Positions 56,737 to 64,000 of a stretch of 64,000 nucleotides of DNA are shown here, piece after piece (position 1 is the stretch's first letter; every line of letters begins with the position of its first letter). A program made the translations under genes and the position numbers. Below the pieces are notes generated by a model. The model was given only the letters and a program-made list of their open reading frames with translations, was not told where the DNA came from and did not search any database. Origin of the DNA: Eledone cirrhosa (lineage: Eukaryota). The DNA lies in contig OZ024753.1 of assembly GCA_964016885.1 (NCBI GenBank), positions 40,176,001-40,240,000 of the forward strand. The letters are read 5' to 3'.

Positions 56737-56879
56737 TGAGTCAGGACACCGACAGCTGAGCTCTTGCCGTTTCAACAGCTAGTTCCAAACTCATTCGTAC
56801 AACCACGCTCTACTACGCCAAGTATCGAGTACTCTGGTGAGTAATGGTCTAACCAGTTCCTAACTAAATCCATTCTGAT
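56737..56879. mobile_element. Diverged family A relative
   Basis: CCGACAGCTGAGCTCTTGCCGTTTC followed by CTCTACTACGCCAAGTATCGAGTACTCTGGTG...CCAGTTCCT; TA flanks. Confidence 0.65.
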
Positions 56880-56919
56880 ATATATATATATATATACACA
56901 CACACATATATATATATAT

Positions 56920-57001
<82 letters not shown>

Positions 57002-57003
57002 AC

Positions 57004-57058
<55 letters not shown>

Positions 57059-57062
57059 GATA

Positions 57063-57136
<74 letters not shown>

Positions 57137-57143
57137 TTTATAA

Positions 57144-57201
<58 letters not shown>

Positions 57202-57256
57202 ATAACATATATATATATATATTTATAAATATATATATTTAATATATATATATATT

Positions 57257-57287
<31 letters not shown>

Positions 57288-57565
57288 ATATAACATATAT
57301 ATATATATTTATAAATATATATATATAATTTATAAATATATATATTTAGTGTATGTATGTAACGAAGTGTATATGTTACCCCTACTCTTATATCATTCTA
57401 TACATCGTCATTTTTTCGCCTCTCTCACGATTCTTCTACCACATCTATCAGTGCTTCTATCGTCTGCTTTATCTATCTGTCTCTGTCTCTAAGGTTTCCT
57501 CGGTCTAGACTTAGCTTGGCATATATCTACATATATCTACACACACACAAACACACACACAAACA

Positions 57566-57618
<53 letters not shown>

Positions 57619-57797
57619 CCCTGTCTATGCCTATTCTATAGACAAACATGTAATGAAATGCGACAAACCTTCATGCTCAACATTTATGTTTTCCCACCAA
57701 CGTGTTGATATACACAGAGATAAACATGTAACTGAGCAGCTGTCTACACAACTGCCTGTGCAAACTTGCGTTAAACACACACACACACACAAAGACG

Positions 57798-57840
<43 letters not shown>

Positions 57841-58013
57841 TATACACTAATATCGACATGAATATGCATATATATATATATATCTATATATATATATATC
57901 TATATATATATATCTATATATATATATCTATATATATATATCTATATATATATATCTATATCTATATATTCATTTAGGTTTGTTGGTTCACCATTGGATA
58001 GAACTGGTCATTA

Positions 58014-58061
<48 letters not shown>

Positions 58062-58124
58062 CACACACATATATATATATATATATATGTGTGTGTGCGT
58101 ATGTGTGTGTATATACATACCTAC

Positions 58125-58176
<52 letters not shown>

Positions 58177-58185
58177 CACACACAC

Positions 58186-58263
<78 letters not shown>

Positions 58264-58599
58264 ACAAGTGTGTGTTTGTGTGTGCATGTGTGCATGTATC
58301 TGTAAAGTGGTCGATACATTTCGAAATATATCAGTGTTTTTAGAGACGGTTTTTTCCCACCATTACTATCTCTACTACTGTCCACTACAACAACAACAAG
58401 AACCACATCTTGGAAGAATTCCTCCAAGAAAAAACCAATAATGCCAGTCTATGAGTAATAGCATCGCAATCATACTTGCACTCCCTTTTTAGGGGACACT
58501 TTGGCTTATATAGTTCTAGACGCACTGAATCTGAAAAAAAGCCAAGATGGTCATCAGGATAAACACAAACAACAACGACAGCTATCAAACATCTACGAG

Positions 58600-58861
58600 C
58601 TGCAGCAGCAGTCCAGCAGCCATTGTAGCAGCAGCAGCAGCAACAGCAGCAGCAACAGCAGCAGCAACAGCAGCAGCAGCAGCGGCAGTAGCAGCAGTTG
58701 TAGCGACAGCAGCAGCAACACCGTCATTACAAGCAGTACAATCGACAACAAAGAAGAAGAAGAAGAAGGAGGAGGAGAAGGAGAAGAAGAAGAAGAAGAA
58801 GAAGAAGAAGAAGAAGAAGAAGAAGAAGACAAAAGATAAAGAAGTAGAAGAAGAAGGAGGA

Positions 58862-58900
<39 letters not shown>

Positions 58901-59013
58901 GAAGAAGAAGAAGAAGAAGAAAAAGAAGAAGATAAAAAGATAAAGAAGAAGAAGAAGAAGAAGAAGAAGAAGAAGAAGAAGAAGAAGAAGAAGAAGAAGC
59001 AGCAGCAGCAGCA
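58600..59013. repeat. Compound trinucleotide microsatellite (CAG)n/(GAA)n/(AAT)n
   Basis: Direct reading. Confidence 0.95.
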
Positions 59014-59248
59014 GGGTAAGAGGAAGGTGTGGAGTTATGTAAAGACGTCATTGGTTAGTTAGACAGACAAGAAATTAGCATGTATGTAAACAGTATGCCA
59101 TGTCAAAATCCTAGGAATAAGGGGCCTCAATGAGACAGGTGTAGCAACACTGTCGAGATACATAACTACAGAAGAGGTTAGTGAGAAGATGGTATGTGTG
59201 TGTGTGTGATAGTAAGGTTCAGCTACTAGCCATGTTGGCAAACACACG

Positions 59249-59320
<72 letters not shown>

Positions 59321-59407
59321 ATAAATGTGTAGACTAAAATCCGAAGAGGACTCGATAAGGATTATCGTTAATGGTATAATACAGCGATTCTTTGCTTAAA
59401 CATCAAT

Positions 59408-59625
59408 ACAGTGACATAAACAGGTACTCAAGTTTTGTTGGGATCAGGGCCCCAATTTCTTCAGCCTGTCATGAGAAAAAAAGAGGCTGAAGAAATTGGG
59501 GCGCAGAACCCAACGAAACTTGAGTACCTGGTTATGTCACTGTTGTAATTATTTATACTAAACTCGTCCTATGGACTGAGTGCTCTTTTTCTTGGATATT
59601 TCTACTTAACCTTTACGTCAGTATA
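59408..59625 (+). mobile_element. Fold-back mini-element with hammerhead at 59484-59529 (+) and a core-mutated copy in the left arm
   Basis: Arms 59408-59467 and 59484-59543. AGG-CUGAAGA-AAUUGGG..CCCAAC-GAAAC-UUGA-GUA-CCU; the left arm has AAAAC instead of GAAAC. Confidence 0.8.
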
Positions 59626-60307
59626 TATATATATATATAACAATGAATAAGAAGGCAGTAGGTTAGAGTTTACTTCATTTATTTGTTACATAATCACTGT
59701 TATACGTATTTCTATGATAACTGTTACAATCGAAATACCTACACACTTACGTATATAGCTATATAAAAACTTACGTTACAGTATAGTGAGAATATGGTGA
59801 GAATGTGTTACATATAAACACATATCACACACACGCATTCAGATACACACATATACAAACACACATACGCACACAGATACACACACAAACACACAGATAC
59901 ACACACAAACACACACAAACACACAGATACACACATATATATACACATCAATACATATATATTCATTTAAACATACACATATAGTTACATATATTTTATG
60001 GAATATACAGTATCATAAAATCTGTGAACTTTGCATTTATGTTCAGATTTACTTGACGATGTCAAAACGCTCATAAACACTCTTGTATCACCTATTTGAT
60101 GAATCTGTTAAATATTAACTGAGGCGAACTTCATTCAAACATCAACTACTTCACAGATAATAAACGTGATAACAATTATTATTCTAATTTCTGTAATGTT
60201 AATCGATGTTTGGAAGACACTCTCAAAGCTGACCGTATCTACTCAGAAATCAAAGTACAGCTTTAGAGAAAGACACATTAAAAAAAAATAAAGTAAACAA
60301 ATTTGTC

Positions 60308-60519
60308 GATCGACTTTCGTCAAATCAGACCGAGGAAACAATGTCTCCGTTGGTCTTTCCAATTGCTAATATTATCTATCGGTTGCAACTCCAGGTAGAA
60401 GGAGCAACATAAAATAAAGTGTCTTGCTCAAGGACATAACGCATCGCCCGGTTCAGTAATCGAACTGACCACCTCACGATTACGAATCCATTCCTCTATC
60501 CACTCACCCACACGCCTTC
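60308..60519 (-). mobile_element. S2 SINE
   Basis: Near-identical to 16249-16463. Confidence 0.9.
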
Positions 60520-61709
60520 AGTATAATATCTAAACACATGGTGGTGCATAAAGATTGTGTCCCACAGGTTGACCCCCATCGGTCCTGTGGAAAGCAGCAC
60601 AACTTCTCTTCTGTCACCTGTGTCGTAAAGCATGCAGATCTACAGCTGATCTACAAAGTTATCTTCTTCGAAGTTATGGACGCGGATGTGATGACAACGA
60701 AGAATCAATAGGAGACGACAATCGTCTGTGGAGACGCTGCAATCCTCATCAAAAAGTTCAAAGTTTAAAATACAAATGTCTTATGATTTCACATCGTATT
60801 CATTTAACTCAGAGGTTCTCAAACTTTGTAAGCTACCGCCCCCCTTCACGGTGACGTAATACCCTTAGCGTACCCAATCCTATTTCCAGAGAGACCTATC
60901 TACACGCAAATTGTAAATAATATATAAATAAAATCGTAGTGAGCAGGAAGGTGGCCCTTGTTGGTTGTCAAATCTCGAATTTTTTCCCAATTCACATTCT
61001 TAAAAGTACATATTTCCATAGCGAAATTTCGCAGAGATAAATTTTCTGTGATGGAGATATCGATTATGTTGAAATGATAAATAAAAAAAAAAATAGAAAG
61101 AATTCTTCTTTATTGTATAGCTCGGTTCATTAGAGCTTTCATTTACTGAATAATTTTGATTAGAATTTATAGTTGACTAAACACAAATTCGGATTTTATT
61201 TTCTTCATCTCTTCCAATTCCATATTGATAATGAATAATATTAATCAGGGTTATGTCAGAGATATCTATCGGCGTATAATATAATGGTTTCTTATATAGG
61301 CACAAGGCCAGCGATTTGGGAGGAGAGGATAGGCGTATAAAATAATAATATTTCTACAGCTAGGAATTACGATATACATAATAATAAAGCAAAAAAAAAA
61401 AGAAAAATTAAAAACACTTTTTAATTATAAATATCATCACCATAATTATAATAGAAAGCTTCGAAAACGTATCTCCTTAAAATTTCATTAAATCATACAT
61501 AATTTATTATTGACATTAATATTGATAGTAATCTTATTAATTTGTTAAGAGATTATATACATATAGAATTTAGTAGTATTGATTTAACGAAGGTCCTGTT
61601 ATATAGACACACAGACACACACACACACAACACACACACACACACATATATATATATATTGTATATTTCTGTGCGTTTGTGCGTGTGTGTGTACCTTTGT
61701 ATGTATATG

Positions 61710-61761
<52 letters not shown>

Positions 61762-61762
<1 letters not shown>

Positions 61763-61822
61763 AATAAGACCCGTCCCACCCTTGCAAGCAGGGAAAAGCG
61801 GACGTAAAATGATGATGATGAT
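61762..61822 (+). mobile_element. Extreme 3' end of an RTE-type LINE/SINE with (GAT)n tail
   Basis: GACCCGTCCCACCCTTGCAAGCAGGGAAAAGCGGACGTAAAATGATGATGATG (stem-loop plus microsatellite tail), inside (TA)n. Confidence 0.55.
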
Positions 61823-61840
61823 ATATATATATATTTATAT

Positions 61841-61919
<79 letters not shown>

Positions 61920-61969
61920 GCGACTTTATGATAATGCATCCGCTTGTTTATTCGTTTTTGTTTCCTTGT

Positions 61970-62002
<33 letters not shown>

Positions 62003-62011
62003 ATATATATT

Positions 62012-62063
<52 letters not shown>

Positions 62064-62071
62064 ATTTATAT

Positions 62072-62170
<99 letters not shown>

Positions 62171-62589
62171 GATGGGTTATATATAAAGATATGTGCGGCC
62201 AAAAAAAAAAAAAAAAAAAAAACACTGTATGATTACCCTCTTCACACACTAGCCCATGTTTACCCATAAACCTAGAGACCTGTGTTTAGGAAACTTATAT
62301 GCATTAGGTGCAGCACCATTTAATTGTTAGTGCAAGAACTGCTATTGTGCAGCGGACATATAAAACATTACCAAACAACAAGTGATCTCATCGGATCCTC
62401 ACATGTCAGACAAAACTCGTTTTTACAGCTGCACTTGTGTGATACTGTGAATAACATGAATAGTTGAAATAACGAACGAATGACGTTGTATGTGACAGTA
62501 TCCGGGTGTTAGTATAGATAGAATTAAATATAACAGAATAGAATAAACACATACACAAACACATACATATATACATGTGTGTATGTGTG

Positions 62590-62642
<53 letters not shown>

Positions 62643-62674
62643 AGATCAAAAGATGGTTAAAGGAGTTCAATATA

Positions 62675-62741
62675 TTTTATTATGCGCATTTCAAAAACAA
62701 ACATCATCAAACAATAATATTTGTGTTTTCATCAGATAAAA
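62675..62741 (-). ncRNA. Minimal type I hammerhead ribozyme in the PLE pseudo-LTR
   Basis: Minus strand: UUUUAU-CUGAUGA-[stem II]-GAAAU-GCGC-AUA-AUAAAA. Intact core, palindromic stem III (AUGCGCAU), 6-bp stem I. Confidence 0.85.
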
Positions 62742-63321
62742 CAGGAGAACATGATATGAAGGCTAAAAAAAAAACACTTGTTGATAGTGCAGTTTTAAAT
62801 CAACATATGAAAAGTGGTTTTAGATTGATGTGTGATATTGGGAAAAATATTTTATTTAGAGAGGGGGGGAGAGAAAAGGATGAAAAGGGAAGGAGATGAG
62901 AGGGAGAGATGGGTGATAGAGAGAAAGAGATAGTTTTTATAACAGAGAGGAGATATATTTTATATAGAGGGGTTGAAAACCGTTGGAAGATACTGTATAA
63001 ATTAAAAATTTTGAAAATTAACGAAGGGAGGATATGTGCGAGGAAAAAATATATTATATTTAGGGAGGGGTGGGGGTGGAAAGGATGAAAAAAAGGGGAG
63101 GAGATGAGAGTGAAGGTGGAAAGGGAGAGATGGGTGATAGAGAGAAAGAGATAGTTTTTATAACTGAGAAAAAGATATAATGTTTTAATATAGAGAGGTT
63201 GGGAACCGTTGGAAGATAATGTATAAATTAAAGGAATTTGAAAATTAACGAAGGGAAATTATGTATGGAGATAGAGAGAAAAAAAAAAAAATAACGAAGG
63301 GAGATTATGTATGGAGATATT

Positions 63322-63999
63322 ATTCCTAAATTATTTTTTAGTGCCTTAAATAAATGCTTCCCTCCCTCACATATCTATAGTAAAATATTTAACAAACACA
63401 CCATTAAATTTTCGTATTCTACATCCTCCAATATTTCCAACATCATTTCTAAACACAACAACAAAATATTAAATACTAAATCTCTTCCTTCCAATATTGA
63501 ATCTCATAATAACAATAATAGTACTCCTGACGTCATTGTAAACCCTAGGCTAACTTCTGTAAACCCAAATGCAACGTCAAACACAACTTCGCTAAATGTT
63601 CATAATCCAACTCTAAATCAAGAAACTATTATTCCTATTATTCCTATCGCAAACAACTTCTCCAATCCAATTCCTTCTATAGATAACACTAGATCACTCA
63701 TTAATAATCTCTCTAATTGCAACTGCCGCATTAAAAATAAATGTCCTCTCAACAACCATTGCCTCGATAAAAACTTAATTTATGAATGTAAAATTATAAC
63801 TAGCACCAACTCCTTCACCTATTTTGGCTCCACTTCCACCTCTTTTAAAGCTCGTCTCTATAATCATCATTCATCTTTCAAATACAAACTTAAAAGAACT
63901 AACACTGCTCTCTCAGAACTCATATGGTCCTTAAAAGACAAAAACATTAAATATAACATCTTTTGGAAAAAGATTTCTTCTGCATCCTCGTACTTGAAC
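63322..63999 (+). CDS. Partial PLE polyprotein: RT thumb/linker plus GIY-YIG endonuclease (resembles Nematis-type PLEs); open to the window edge, so absent from the ORF track
   Basis: Manual translation without stops: IPKLFFSALNKCFPPSHIYSKIFNKHTIKFSYSTSSNISNIISKHNNKIL...CNCRIKNKCPLNNHCLDKNLIYECKI...TYFGSTSTSFKARLYNHHSSFKYK...TALSELIWSLKDKNIKYNIFWK (Cys-rich linker, LIY...YFG, RxxxH). Confidence 0.88.
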   Translation, partial: MPKLFFSALNKCFPPSHIYSKIFNKHTIKFSYSTSSNISNIISKHNNKILNTKSLPSNIESHNNNNSTPDVIVNPRLTSVNPNATSNTTSLNVHNPTLNQETIIPIIPIANNFSNPIPSIDNTRSLINNLSNCNCRIKNKCPLNNHCLDKNLIYECKIITSTNSFTYFGSTSTSFKARLYNHHSSFKYKLKRTNTALSELIWSLKDKNIKYNIFWKKISSASSYLN

Positions 64000-64000
64000 A

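Larger units (their letters stand above)
62637..64000 (+). mobile_element. Penelope-like element (PLE): inverted pseudo-LTR/3'UTR (62637-63320, minus strand) joined to a 5'-truncated ORF; continues beyond the window
   Basis: GIY-YIG ORF on +, hammerhead-bearing UTR on -, starting at a (TA)n tract. This inverted-plus-direct layout is typical of PLE insertions. Confidence 0.85.

Noticed and set aside
58501-59020. Poly-Ser/Glu ORF with possible splice sites (TTCTAG at about 58519, GGTAAG at about 59015)
   Set aside because: Mostly trinucleotide repeats with an in-frame stop at 58839; no recognisable domain. A UTR exon cannot be excluded.
60810-60850. hAT-like terminal sequences (also about 17123 and 47956)
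   Set aside because: Only one end is recognisable in each case; no matching TIR or 8-bp TSD found.

Overview
AT-rich eukaryotic non-coding DNA, packed with (TA)n, (CA)n, (GA)n and (TATC)n microsatellites and complex minisatellites. The SINE types and repeat style suggest an octopod cephalopod (inference). I find no host protein-coding gene; almost all listed ORFs are translations of simple repeats. The window is a graveyard of mobile elements: two tRNA-derived SINE families, fragments of RTE, Tx1 and CRE non-LTR retrotransposons, Tc1/mariner remnants, a TTAA-flanked MITE, and a Penelope-like element (GIY-YIG ORF) running off the right edge. Two signals stand out. (1) A 5S rRNA copy (8682-8800) is fused to a 33-nt tail that matches, at 31/33 nt, the 3' end of an RTE-type LINE fragment in the same window (21132-21164). 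This is a candidate 5S-derived SINE with its partner LINE. (2) Many short, mostly fold-back elements sit in (TA)n tracts and belong to several distinct families. Many carry type I hammerhead ribozyme motifs, including core variants (U3-A8 covariant, U4C) and one with a long stem III. Three families share a GTACTCAATAC motif 40-50 nt from the terminus. All folds and alignments were done by eye, and coordinates of degraded repeats are approximate.
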